Assembly (NCBI GenBank): GCA_963611165.1
Contig: CAVDQG010000003.1
Location: forward strand, 17,827 to 81,826
From: Bacteroides uniformis
GTDB lineage: Bacteria > Bacillota > Clostridia > Oscillospirales > Acutalibacteraceae
Reading direction: 5' to 3'
DNA length: 64,000 nt
The notes below the pieces were generated by a model. That model saw nothing but the letters and a program-made list of their open reading frames with translations, ran no database searches and was not told the origin of the DNA. The stretch's first letter is position 1. Each line of letters starts with the position of its first letter. Shown here one piece after another: positions 15,354-24,884 of this stretch. The translations under genes were made by a program, and so were the position numbers.

Positions 15354-16082
15354 TTACTCCAAATTGCCCGTGAGTGCCATAATTACCGAAATGGCGGCAA
15401 TCGGTGCGGTTTCCGTGCGAAGAATTCTCTTTCCTAGAGTGGCAATCAAAACGCCGTTTTCTTTTGCGAATTCAACTTCATTTTCTGAAAATCCGCCCTC
15501 GGAGCCGATGAAAATCGAGATGTCGGAGTTTTCTTCCGACCTTCCGACAAGGCTTGTGAACGGTTCTCCGCCGTGCTCATAGCACATGATTTTGAGTCCG
15601 CCTGCATTCTTTACCGCATCCTTGAATTTGACGGGCTTTTTCACCTCGGGAATAATTCCCCGACCGCATTGCTTTGCGGCTTCAAGTGCGATTTTTTGCC
15701 AGCGGGCAATTTTCTTTTCTTCCTTGCCGTCAAGCTTGGCAACGCAAAATTCACTCGTGACCGGCACAATGGCGTATGCGCCGAGTTCGACCGCTTTTTG
15801 CGTGACTAAATCGAATTTATCTGATTTTGTTATGCACTGGTAAAGCGTAACTCTGCGGTTTGGCTCGGTTTCGCATTTCTTTTTCTCGAGAATGTCGGCA
15901 AAAACGCTGTTTCCTGCGATTTCTGTCACGGCGGCACGGTAGTCGAAACCCTCGCCGTCACAAAGGGTGATTTCTTCGCCCACACGAACACGAAGGCTCT
16001 TTGCAAGGTGAGTTCCGTTCTCGCCGTCTATTTCGATTGAAGTTTGGTTAAGCTTATCCGCATCTATAAAAAATCTTGGCAT
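15354..16082 (-). CDS. rsmE: 16S rRNA (uracil1498-N3)-methyltransferase
   Basis: 242 aa with MPRFF... N-terminus, a PUA-like domain and a SPOUT C-terminus (IGSEGGFSENE). Confidence 0.8.
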   Translation of the reverse strand: MPRFFIDADKLNQTSIEIDGENGTHLAKSLRVRVGEEITLCDGEGFDYRAAVTEIAGNSVFADILEKKKCETEPNRRVTLYQCITKSDKFDLVTQKAVELGAYAIVPVTSEFCVAKLDGKEEKKIARWQKIALEAAKQCGRGIIPEVKKPVKFKDAVKNAGGLKIMCYEHGGEPFTSLVGRSEENSDISIFIGSEGGFSENEVEFAKENGVLIATLGKRILRTETAPIAAISVIMALTGNLE

Positions 16083-16256
16083 ATTCCCTCCGAAAGGCTA
16101 ATATACGGGTGGTTTGTTTTCGGTCTGAAAATGATTTTACAACAGTGCGTGCGGCTTGTCAAATTACAAAAGAGAGGGCGGAGTTTACGGCTTTTTATCT
16201 TCACAGAGTTGTTTTTTTATGGTATACTGTGAAAGTGTAATATGTGTGGAGGAGGG

Positions 16257-17675
16257 ATGAATATGCTCGGCTATTTTAAGAGATTTTTGGCTCTTGTCTT
16301 GCTTGGAACCATGCTGTCATTTAGTTTTTCGGGATGTGCGGAAGCGGACTATTCCTCTGACAATCTAATGACTGCGCCAAAGGTGAGTGCGGTTCAGCAG
16401 AGTATATGTAAGCTTCTCGGCACGGACGATGAGACGGTAAACCTCATGTATCCTCAGAACGGAGATTACCGCTCGGCGATTATCATGTGTGACTTCACCG
16501 GGGACGGATATCAGGACGCTGTAGGTTTTACTATGCATGACGACGACAGTGTGATTACCGTAAGCTTTATGACAGAGACGGACGGCGTGTGGAAGATTGT
16601 TTCGTCATACAAGTCCAATACGGCGCAGATAGACAAGGTGCTTTTCGGAGATGTGACCGGTGACGGCGTGACGGACATTGTCATCGGCTGGGGAAGTGCC
16701 AAGGGCCTTGCGAACTCGGCTGGACTTTATTACTATGAAAACGGCACGGTGAAGGGCTTTTCACTCGGACATTCCTACACGGAGATTGAGCTTTTGGACC
16801 TTAACGGAAGCGGTACAAAGGATATTTTCACGGTTTCTTTGGCAACACTTGTTTCACAGCAATCGGTGGAAGCCGGCAGTTCTATGGCTAATCTTTACAG
16901 CTTTGTCGGCGATGAGCTTGTCTGCACTCACAGATGCACTCTTTATAATAATTTGAGCAGCTTCTCTTCAATCACTCTAGGCGAAAGTCTTGACGGAAGA
17001 ACCTGCGTTACGGTGGACGGCGTTATGGCTGACGGTTCGATGATAACCCAGTTACTGTATATCAACCCGTTCTCGGGGAATATGCTCTCTCCGCTATCCT
17101 TTTCGGGAGTATATGAGACATATAACTATTTCTACCGTGCACGACAGGTTGCGATAACGTCACGGGATATTGACGGAGACGGAATAATCGAGATGCCGCA
17201 GTGCATTTACAAGAATGACGAAGAGAAGAAAATATACTCGACCGATTATGTCATAGAATGGCTGAAATTCGATATTGCGGCAAGGGACGCAACTCTCTCA
17301 AAAATTCAGATTTATAATCAGGATGATGCTTACACCGTGGATATTCCTGAGGAAATCGAAGATACAATCAGGTGCTACAGAGACTCGCAGACGAGGACGG
17401 CAAGTTTTTATTTATGCGAATTTAACGATTTCGGTAAGGTGACGGACAAAACGGAGCTGTTCAGTATAAGAGTTTTCTCAAAGGAAACATGGGATAAGCT
17501 TCCGCTTAAGGACGCTCCGAACAGCCTTTCCGAGAGAAGAAGCTACCGTGAAGAAAATTATGCTTTTCTTACGAGTGCAAGGCTTGACGGTGAAGAGGTC
17601 GTTTATGCGGCAAAGATAGATAACGAGTCTAATATATATTCGTCAATACCGTATACAATAGAGATTGTGGATTAG
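16257..17675 (+). CDS. Lipoprotein with FG-GAP/VCBS-like repeats
   Basis: It has a lipobox (LSFSFSGC) and repeated DxxGDGxxD motifs (FTGDGYQDAV, VTGDGVTDIV, DIDGDGIIEM). The start is ambiguous: 16257 or 16263, both after GGAGGAGGG. Confidence 0.55.
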   Translation: MNMLGYFKRFLALVLLGTMLSFSFSGCAEADYSSDNLMTAPKVSAVQQSICKLLGTDDETVNLMYPQNGDYRSAIIMCDFTGDGYQDAVGFTMHDDDSVITVSFMTETDGVWKIVSSYKSNTAQIDKVLFGDVTGDGVTDIVIGWGSAKGLANSAGLYYYENGTVKGFSLGHSYTEIELLDLNGSGTKDIFTVSLATLVSQQSVEAGSSMANLYSFVGDELVCTHRCTLYNNLSSFSSITLGESLDGRTCVTVDGVMADGSMITQLLYINPFSGNMLSPLSFSGVYETYNYFYRARQVAITSRDIDGDGIIEMPQCIYKNDEEKKIYSTDYVIEWLKFDIAARDATLSKIQIYNQDDAYTVDIPEEIEDTIRCYRDSQTRTASFYLCEFNDFGKVTDKTELFSIRVFSKETWDKLPLKDAPNSLSERRSYREENYAFLTSARLDGEEVVYAAKIDNESNIYSSIPYTIEIVD

Positions 17676-17688
17676 GGAGGATAAACAA

Positions 17689-18393
17689 ATGAAAAGATTA
17701 CTTGTTTGCGAGGACGAGCAGAATATCAGAGAATTTGAAGTAATAAATTTGAGAAGAGCAGGCTATGAAGTCATAGAAGCGTCAAACGGAGACGAGGCTC
17801 TCGAGATTTATCACCGTGAAAACGGAAATTTCGACGTTGTGATTCTCGATATCATGATGCCCGGAAGACATGACGGTCTTGCGGTCTGCAAGGAGCTCAG
17901 AAAGCTCAGCGACACCATAGGAATAATTCTCCTTTCGGCTAAAACGCAGGAGATGGATAAGGTCACAGGTCTTATGGTCGGAGCGGACGACTACATCACG
18001 AAGCCGTTTTCGCCCAGTGAACTCACCGCAAGAGTGGATGCCGTAAACCGCAGAGTAGAGCTTGTAAGGGGAGCGACGGCAAATGCCTTTTCAAAGGAAA
18101 TTGTTTCCGGTGACTTCGTGCTCAACCTTATGGACAGAAGCTTTTCCAAAAAGGGCGAAAAGATTGACCTCACGCAGGTTGAATTTCAGATAATCGAATA
18201 TTTCCTCACAAATCCGACTATTCCGCTTTCGAGAACGGATATTCTCACTCATGTCTGGGGCACAAGCTATGCCGGTGACGAGAAAATCGTTGACGTAAAC
18301 ATCAGAAGAATAAGGATGAAGATTGAGGACGACCCGTCTGTTCCGGCCCACATAATCACAGTCTGGGGCCACGGCTACAGATGGGAAGCGTGA
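17689..18393 (+). CDS. OmpR-family response regulator
   Basis: It has a receiver domain (DVVILDIMMPG) and a winged-helix C-terminus (GHGYRWE). ATG 17689 follows SD agggagg. Confidence 0.85.
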   Translation: MKRLLVCEDEQNIREFEVINLRRAGYEVIEASNGDEALEIYHRENGNFDVVILDIMMPGRHDGLAVCKELRKLSDTIGIILLSAKTQEMDKVTGLMVGADDYITKPFSPSELTARVDAVNRRVELVRGATANAFSKEIVSGDFVLNLMDRSFSKKGEKIDLTQVEFQIIEYFLTNPTIPLSRTDILTHVWGTSYAGDEKIVDVNIRRIRMKIEDDPSVPAHIITVWGHGYRWEA

Positions 18394-18498
18394 AATAAGT
18401 GTGGAGTTTGGAGAGTGGCGTTGTTTTGGATGAAGCTTTGCCAATAACTTCAAACTCCACTCTCAACACTCCAAACTCAAAAAGGGGAGGTGCCGCGA

Positions 18499-19926
18499 TT
18501 GAAAAACAATAAAATATCAAACCGCTGGTTTTTCAACAATTTAATAATTGTGATTGCACTCATCGTGGCAAGCGTTATTCTGATTAGCCTGCTTTACCGC
18601 AGGTCGCTTTATGTCTCCATAAAGCAGGTGCTTATAGGAAGAAGCGAGGAAATTTATTCAAGCTTTCAGACCAAGAATGACACGGAGTACTCCACTGATG
18701 ATTTTGAGTATATCGGCAGAAGTTATGTTCAGAATTTTACCGATAAATCAAGAATGGAAGTAATGATTATTTCTGTCGAAGGAAAGGTTTTGCTGTCTTC
18801 CTCGGGATTTGCTCCCGATAATTCCGAAGCTATTCCCGATTTTAACTCAGCACTTACTTCAAGCAAGAAGTACGGCTACTTCGAGGGAATAGACGATTCC
18901 CAAAGGATAATTGCCGTGACAAGGCTCATTCATTCGTCATCGGGAAAGCTTATCGGTGCGGTGAGATATGTCGTTTCCACCGATGGCGCCGACAAATCCG
19001 TTAGACGCCTTATTGGAATTTTGGTGCTTGCGGGATTTTTGATTATTGCGCTGATAACCCTGATGGGTTTATACTTTATCCGTTCGATTGTCGTGCCGAT
19101 TAAGAAGATAACGGCGAGTGCGAAAACCATTGCCGACGGAGATTTTGACGTAAGAATCGAGAAAGAGCGAAATGATGAAATCGGCAAGCTTACCGACACG
19201 ATTAACGAAATGGCAGTCGAGCTTGGCACAACTGAAAAGCTGAAGAATGATTTTATATCCTCGATTTCTCATGAGCTGAGAACTCCTCTCACGGCAATCA
19301 CGGGCTGGGCACAAACGCTTGACGGCTCGACAAACAGCCCCGAAACCGTGAAAAGAGGAATGAACATCATCGTCAAGGAGTCGGAAAGACTGACGGGTCT
19401 TGTTGACGAGCTCCTCGACTTCTCGAGGATTGAGACGGGCAGAATGAAGCTCATTCTCCAAAAGACGGATATAATCGCAGAACTTGACGAGGTCTATTTC
19501 ATGTTCACCGAGAGGGCAAAGAGCGAGAAAAAGAAGCTGAGCTTCTCCGATGAGGGATACATCACGCCCGTGATATGCGATTCTAACCGTATGAGACAGG
19601 TTTTCATCAATGTAATCGACAATGCGATAAAATACAGCGAGGAGGGCGACAGCATAATCGTCTCTGCCTTTGAGCGTGGGGATAATGCCGTTGTCACCGT
19701 GAGAGATACGGGAATAGGCATTCCCGAGGAGCATTTGCCGAATGTCAAAAAGAAATTTTATAAAGCGAATCTGCAGATTAAGGGTTCGGGAATCGGACTT
19801 GCCGTGGCAGACGAGATAGTTAATCTTCACGGCGGAAGTTTGACGGTGAGAAGTAAAGAGGGAGAGGGTACAGAGGTCACGATTTCTTTGCCTACCGTCA
19901 AGAATCCGAAGAGCCTTTCAATCTGA
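18499..19926 (+). CDS. Sensor histidine kinase (TM, extracytoplasmic domain, TM, HAMP, HisKA, HATPase)
   Basis: It has the H-box SHELRTPL and N/G boxes (DNAIKYS, GSGIGLAV). TTG 18499, 8 nt after GGGGAGG, is preferred over GTG 18490. Confidence 0.85.
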   Translation: MKNNKISNRWFFNNLIIVIALIVASVILISLLYRRSLYVSIKQVLIGRSEEIYSSFQTKNDTEYSTDDFEYIGRSYVQNFTDKSRMEVMIISVEGKVLLSSSGFAPDNSEAIPDFNSALTSSKKYGYFEGIDDSQRIIAVTRLIHSSSGKLIGAVRYVVSTDGADKSVRRLIGILVLAGFLIIALITLMGLYFIRSIVVPIKKITASAKTIADGDFDVRIEKERNDEIGKLTDTINEMAVELGTTEKLKNDFISSISHELRTPLTAITGWAQTLDGSTNSPETVKRGMNIIVKESERLTGLVDELLDFSRIETGRMKLILQKTDIIAELDEVYFMFTERAKSEKKKLSFSDEGYITPVICDSNRMRQVFINVIDNAIKYSEEGDSIIVSAFERGDNAVVTVRDTGIGIPEEHLPNVKKKFYKANLQIKGSGIGLAVADEIVNLHGGSLTVRSKEGEGTEVTISLPTVKNPKSLSI

Positions 19927-19981
19927 GTAAATACAATTGTTTCAAACGTAAGGCGCAAGCCTTAAGCGGAGGTCTTTATCA

Positions 19982-20911
19982 ATGAGCAGAATTACATCAA
20001 TAGGCGGTGAGGCTTTACTCGAGGGAATTATGATGAGAGGCCCCTTCAGAACGACATGCGCGTTCCTTGACCCGAAGGGAAATATCTCAACAGAGGACAT
20101 CGAGATGGAGTATCTCACAAAGAAATATAAAATATGTTCGCTTCCGATAATAAGAGGCGTATTTAGCTTTATCGACAGCCTGAGACTCGGCTCGAGAGCC
20201 ATGAATCTCTCTGCCGAAAAGGCGGGGCTTGACGATGAAGAGGAGCTTTCGGGCTTTGACAAATGGCTAAACGATAAGCTTGGCGACAAGCTGACGGGAA
20301 TCATTGTCGGAATAGGCTCGGTTTTGGGTGTTGCCCTTGCCGTCGTGCTTTTCATGCTCGTTCCCACTTTGCTTTTTAACGGAATCAAGCATTTGACGGG
20401 AGACTCGATAGAGCCGTTTCGTTCGGTTTTTGAGGGTGTTTTAAAGATGCTTGTTTTTGTCCTTTATATTTTCATCATATCGAGAATTCCCGATATTCAC
20501 CGTGTCTTTATGTTCCACGGTGCCGAGCACAAGTGCATTTTCTGCTATGAAAACGAGCTTGAGCTCACGGTTGAGAATGTCAGAAAGCAGCCCCGTCTTC
20601 ATCCGAGATGTGGAACGAGCTTCATGGTGCTTATGATTATTGTCGGTATATTTATCGGCTTTTTCATCAAAATACAAAATCCCGCACTAAGAACCTGCGT
20701 CAAGATTTTGACTTTGCCGCTTGTTATGGGCTTTGGATATGAGCTTATCAAATACTGCGGAAAGCACAACAATCTTTTCACAAAGATTGTTGCCGCACCG
20801 GGAAAATGGCTTCAGAAGCTCACTACTCAGGAGCCTGACGACGATATGATAAGAGTCGGCATTGAAGCAATTAAAGCGGTTATCCCCGAAAACGGCGAGG
20901 ATCTTCTCTGA
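19982..20911 (+). CDS. DUF1385-family membrane protein
   Basis: N-terminus IGGEALLEGIMMRGP is typical of DUF1385. The family is commonly found upstream of prmC. Confidence 0.7.
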   Translation: MSRITSIGGEALLEGIMMRGPFRTTCAFLDPKGNISTEDIEMEYLTKKYKICSLPIIRGVFSFIDSLRLGSRAMNLSAEKAGLDDEEELSGFDKWLNDKLGDKLTGIIVGIGSVLGVALAVVLFMLVPTLLFNGIKHLTGDSIEPFRSVFEGVLKMLVFVLYIFIISRIPDIHRVFMFHGAEHKCIFCYENELELTVENVRKQPRLHPRCGTSFMVLMIIVGIFIGFFIKIQNPALRTCVKILTLPLVMGFGYELIKYCGKHNNLFTKIVAAPGKWLQKLTTQEPDDDMIRVGIEAIKAVIPENGEDLL

Positions 20912-21771
20912 TGGCAAGCATAAAAGAGCTTTATTTCTTTGCAAAAAAAGAACTGAAGTCGGTAGATTCTCCCGAATTCGACGCTATGTGTCTTGTCGAG
21001 GAATTCTTGCATGCAGACAGAAATAAGCTCTATCTTTATGGGGAAGAATCAGTTAATGCCGCTGATGAGGAGAAATTCCGTCAGGCGGTGGAAAAGCGAA
21101 AAAGCTTCTATCCGCTTCAGTATATTTTGGGATACTGGTATTTCCGTGATATGAAGTTAAAGGTGAGGGACGGCGTTCTTTGCCCCAGAGAGGATACCGA
21201 GGTACTGGTGAACGAAAGCCTTGAGAGAATAAAGGAGATTTACGGAAATAAAGCTGTTTTCGGAGTTGACCTTTGCTCGGGAACGGGCTGTGTGGCACTG
21301 GGAATTGCACGAAGCAACAAAAATATAATCATGGAAGCCGTGGAGCTTTTTGATACGCCGTATGAATGCCTTTGCGAGAATATCGAAAGGTGGGGGACGG
21401 GCAGAGTGAAAGCTATCCGAGGAGATGTTTTTTCGGACGAGAGCCTCGAAAAATATCACGAGCTTGATTTTCTCACGGCGAATCCGCCGTATATAAGCGA
21501 GGACGAGATGGCGTCTCTTCAAGCCGAGGTGCAGAAAGAGCCGAGAGAGGCGCTCACGGACGGCGCAGACGGGCTTAAGTTCTACCGAAGGATTATTGCC
21601 GACTGGAAGAAAGCGGTCAAAATCGGCGGTTTTATTGCCCTTGAGATAGGTGAAACTCAGGCGGCGGCTGTGAAGTCGCTTTTTGAGGCAAACGGTTTCG
21701 GCGATGTGCGTATAGAAAAAGACTTCGGAGACCTCGACAGATGTGTTTCTGCGGTCAAGTTGAGTGATTAA
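20911..21771 (+). CDS. prmC: Peptide chain release factor N5-glutamine methyltransferase
   Basis: NPPY motif (TANPPYI) and SAM motif (DLCSGTGC). The start overlaps the upstream stop codon. Confidence 0.85.
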   Translation: MASIKELYFFAKKELKSVDSPEFDAMCLVEEFLHADRNKLYLYGEESVNAADEEKFRQAVEKRKSFYPLQYILGYWYFRDMKLKVRDGVLCPREDTEVLVNESLERIKEIYGNKAVFGVDLCSGTGCVALGIARSNKNIIMEAVELFDTPYECLCENIERWGTGRVKAIRGDVFSDESLEKYHELDFLTANPPYISEDEMASLQAEVQKEPREALTDGADGLKFYRRIIADWKKAVKIGGFIALEIGETQAAAVKSLFEANGFGDVRIEKDFGDLDRCVSAVKLSD

Positions 21772-21822
21772 GCGCAAGACGGCGCTTGATATATTTGTTT
21801 TTAAAACGGGAGGAAAAAAGAA

Positions 21823-23070
21823 ATGTCTATTTCCGGAAAGAGAGAATTTGATTTACTGAACAAAATCGGATTTATTCGTACAGCCGGTTCAGAAGAGGAG
21901 CTTAAGGCTGCGAATATCCTTAAGTCCGAGGTCGAGAGCATGGGTCTCAAGGCTAAGATTGAGCCGTTCGAGATTTGGGATGCCGTCATCGAGAAAGCCG
22001 AGCTTGAGGTTATCGAGCCGTATCACAAGTCTTACACCGTAACTTGCTACAAGGGTGCGGGAAATGTCGAGGGCTTAGAGGCTGATTTCCTTTATGTTGA
22101 GAACGGCGGAGACGTTGCTCTTAAGAATGCCAAGGGAAAGATTGTAATGTTCAACGGATATTTGAGATATCCGCTTTACAAGAAGCTTTGCGAGGCAGGC
22201 GTAGCCGGTATTGTTTCATATTCGGGAACACTTCTCGAGAAAGAGGACGATTCCGACCTTTTCACAAGAACAATAAGAGCCAAGCTTCGTGAGTGCGGAA
22301 GACTTCCCGCAGTTAATATGCGTGCGACAGATGCATTTGATATCATCAAGAACAAGGCAAGCAAGGTAAGAATGACTACGCTTAACCACGATATAACTCT
22401 TGAGTCAAGAAATGTTGTAACCGAGATTAAGGGTACAAAACATCCTGACGAGGTTATCGTATTCGGCTCTCACATGGATTCTGTTCCGTTCTCGACAGGC
22501 GTTTACGATAACGGTGCAGGCAGTGTCATTCACATGGAGGTGCTTCGCCACTTTGTCGAAAACCCACCCGAAAGAACTGTCCGCTTCTGCTGGTACGGCT
22601 CTGAGGAGATCGGACTTGAAGGTTCAAAGGCATTTTGCCGTGACCACGCAGAAGAGCTCAAGAATGTCATTTACATGGTAAATACCGATGTCGGCGGATG
22701 CGTTCTCGGTTCTGAGTCGGCTGTTGTTTTGGGCAGCAAGGAGTTCACAAATTACACCGACGCTTACATGAAGGCTAACGGCTATGAGGTTGAGGTCAAG
22801 CAAGATATTTATTCCTCCGATTGTATTCCTTTTGCAGACAACGGCATTCCGAGCATCAACTTCATGAGATTCAGCCGTGACGGCGGCGCATTCATCCATT
22901 GTCGCTATGATATTATCGATTTCCTGTCCGCTGAGTCGCTTGAGCACACAACAGAGCATGTTGTCGCTTATACTGACCATCTTGTCAATTCCGTTGTTTT
23001 CCCAGAGAAGAGAGAAATTCCCGAGGAAATGAAGGAGAAGGTAGACAAGTATCTCTACAAGAAAGATTAA
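21823..23070 (+). CDS. M28-family aminopeptidase with PA domain
   Basis: Metal ligand motifs HMDSV, DNGAGS and EEIGLEGS. Confidence 0.75.
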   Translation: MSISGKREFDLLNKIGFIRTAGSEEELKAANILKSEVESMGLKAKIEPFEIWDAVIEKAELEVIEPYHKSYTVTCYKGAGNVEGLEADFLYVENGGDVALKNAKGKIVMFNGYLRYPLYKKLCEAGVAGIVSYSGTLLEKEDDSDLFTRTIRAKLRECGRLPAVNMRATDAFDIIKNKASKVRMTTLNHDITLESRNVVTEIKGTKHPDEVIVFGSHMDSVPFSTGVYDNGAGSVIHMEVLRHFVENPPERTVRFCWYGSEEIGLEGSKAFCRDHAEELKNVIYMVNTDVGGCVLGSESAVVLGSKEFTNYTDAYMKANGYEVEVKQDIYSSDCIPFADNGIPSINFMRFSRDGGAFIHCRYDIIDFLSAESLEHTTEHVVAYTDHLVNSVVFPEKREIPEEMKEKVDKYLYKKD

Positions 23071-23092
23071 TAGAATAAAACTATATTTAAGG

Positions 23093-23116
23093 GGACGCAT
23101 TTTTCGTGCGTCCTCT
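23093..23116 (+). repeat. Copy 1 of a 24-nt hairpin repeat (ggacgcatttttcgtgcgtcctct)
   Basis: Exact 24-nt identity with 23350-23373. The stem is ggacgca/tgcgtcc. This copy has no T-run after it. Confidence 0.8.
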
Positions 23117-23349
23117 CAGACTGCCGATAAACCCACGCACCGCAAAAATGCCGATGTAGTTTATGGAAGCAATTATCACAAAATAAATACTATTCGCAGA
23201 GCCTGAAAATGGTTTTGAAAATACATTTTTGCTTACTGCGTCAATCGCCCCTCAACGTACCTTTGTACGCTTATCGGGGCGATTTTCTTGTCTGCGTGTG
23301 TTTCTCGGTGTCTGTAGCATGCCGAAAATAACTTTTCGACACGCTGTAA

Positions 23350-23385
23350 GGACGCATTTTTCGTGCGTCCTCTTTTGTTTTTTTG
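23350..23385 (+). terminator. Copy 2 of the hairpin repeat, with a T-run (functional-looking terminator)
   Basis: Same 24 nt as copy 1, followed by tttgttttttt. Confidence 0.65.
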
Positions 23386-23444
23386 AGAAAGCTGTTACAA
23401 TGGGAGCAGTTAAAATGAAATTTTCTCGTTGGTGAGGTTGAAAT

Positions 23445-24374
23445 ATGGCAGTAAATAAAAACGGAATTGTCGTTGTCGGTGCGGTTTTTGTGGATATTAA
23501 GGGATTTCCGATTTCACAGTATATTCCCGGCGGAAGAAATGCGGGAAACATTAAGCAGGTTCACGGCGGAGTGTGCAGAAATATTGCCGAGGACATTGCA
23601 AATCTTGAGCTGAGGCCGACTCTTATAAGCCTTGTGGATGACAGCGGAATAGGCACAGACGTTATCTGTAAGCTTCAAAGACACAAGGTGAATACGGAGT
23701 ATATGCGTGCGAAAACGGACGGTATGGGCACTTGGCTTGCTATATTTGACAACGGCGGTGACGTGACCGCGTCTATCTCCAAAAGACCCGACCTTATGCC
23801 GATATGCGACATTCTGGACGAAAAGGGCGATGAGATTTTCTCCGAGTGCGACAGCATCGTTTTTGAAATGGACATAGAAAAAGAAATTGCCAAAAAGCTG
23901 TTTTATTACGCCGAGAAATACAACAAGAAAATTTACTGCCCGGTTTCCAACATAAGCATTGCGTCGGAGAGAAGAGACTTTTTGAGATTGGTGGACTGCT
24001 TTGTCTGCAATGACCACGAGGCAGAAATGCTGTTTTATGATAATTTTGAAGATTTAAGCACAGAGGAAATACTCGAAAAGCTCAGGCAGAATGTAAGAAA
24101 TGCAGATTTAAACAGCATGGTGGTCACATTAGGCGAAAGAGGTGCGGTCTGGGCTGATAAATTCGGGGAAAGCGGATTTTGTCCAGCAAAAAGAGTTGAT
24201 GTGAGAGATACCACGGGTGCTGGAGATTCGTTCTTTGCCGGGGTGGCGTCTGCGCTCACCTACGGAAAGAGCTTAGCTGAGGCTTGCGAGATAGGCTCAC
24301 GTCTTGCCGCTTCGGTTATCACAACAACCGATAACGTTTGTCCGAGATTTCTTCCCGAGGAGCTTGGGCTTTGA
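23445..24374 (+). CDS. PfkB-family carbohydrate/nucleoside kinase (ribokinase/pseudouridine-kinase-like)
   Basis: 309 aa with the DTTGAGDSF anion-hole motif. Confidence 0.7.
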   Translation: MAVNKNGIVVVGAVFVDIKGFPISQYIPGGRNAGNIKQVHGGVCRNIAEDIANLELRPTLISLVDDSGIGTDVICKLQRHKVNTEYMRAKTDGMGTWLAIFDNGGDVTASISKRPDLMPICDILDEKGDEIFSECDSIVFEMDIEKEIAKKLFYYAEKYNKKIYCPVSNISIASERRDFLRLVDCFVCNDHEAEMLFYDNFEDLSTEEILEKLRQNVRNADLNSMVVTLGERGAVWADKFGESGFCPAKRVDVRDTTGAGDSFFAGVASALTYGKSLAEACEIGSRLAASVITTTDNVCPRFLPEELGL

Positions 24375-24448
24375 AACGGCTTGTTTTAGGCGAAAAATCG
24401 GTGCTCAAAAAAGAAATTTTAAAAATTTAAATTTTTTTGAAAAAAGTG

Positions 24449-24477
24449 TTGACATTTTTATTTGAAAGTGGTATCAT
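24449..24477 (+). promoter_or_regulatory. Strong sigma-A promoter (TTGACA, 17 nt spacer, TATCAT) with an AT-rich upstream element
   Basis: Read directly from the sequence; it lies ~45 nt upstream of the first 5S gene. Confidence 0.6.
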
Positions 24478-24519
24478 AACGGAGTCGTCAGGAACGACAA
24501 CAAATTAAATAAGAAATAA

Positions 24520-24635
24520 GTTGGTATTGATTGTGACGAGGGTCCACCTGTTCCCATCCCGAACACAGAAGTTAAGCTCGCTCACGTCGACAATACTCGG
24601 CTGGCAACGGCCTGGGACGATAGATTTTTGCCAAC
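24520..24635 (+). rRNA. rrf: 5S ribosomal RNA, copy 1
   Basis: It carries the conserved 5S core CCACCTGTTCCCATCCCGAACACAGAAGTTAAGC and a terminal helix GTTGGTA/TGCCAAC. Length is ~116 nt. Confidence 0.85.
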
Positions 24636-24643
24636 ATATTTCA

Positions 24644-24759
24644 GTTGGTATTGATTGCGACGAGGGTCCACCTGTTCCCATCCCGAACACAGAAGTTAAG
24701 CTCGTTCGCGCCGACGATACTCGGCTGGCAACGGCCCGGGACAATAGGTTTTTGCCAAC
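24644..24759 (+). rRNA. rrf: 5S ribosomal RNA, copy 2
   Basis: Same architecture as copy 1, starting 8 nt after it. It differs from copy 1 by 8 substitutions. Confidence 0.85.
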
Positions 24760-24766
24760 ACTAAAG

Positions 24767-24797
24767 CAGTCAACCAATAGGTTGGCTGTTTTTATTT
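24767..24797 (+). terminator. Rho-independent terminator after the 5S pair
   Basis: cagtcaacc-aata-ggttggctg followed by tttttatttt. Confidence 0.65.
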
Positions 24798-24831
24798 TGT
24801 CTTTTTCAAGCTTTATTCAATACAACAAATA

Positions 24832-24870
24832 AACGGTACGTTCAAATCAGAGCGTACCGTTTTTGTTTTT
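24832..24870. terminator. Terminator hairpin serving argD (minus strand)
   Basis: aacggtacg...cgtaccgtt with T-rich flanks on both strands. Confidence 0.6.
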
Positions 24871-24884
24871 AGGAATGATTAAGT

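Noticed and set aside
19069-19830. 253-aa minus-strand ORF.
   Set aside because: It is antisense to the histidine kinase, whose H, N and G boxes are unambiguous.
21157-21777. 206-aa minus-strand ORF.
   Set aside because: It is antisense to prmC, which has the NPPY motif on the plus strand.
24505-24832. ORFs of 90 and 103 aa on both strands.
   Set aside because: They lie over the two 5S rRNA genes and are not coding.
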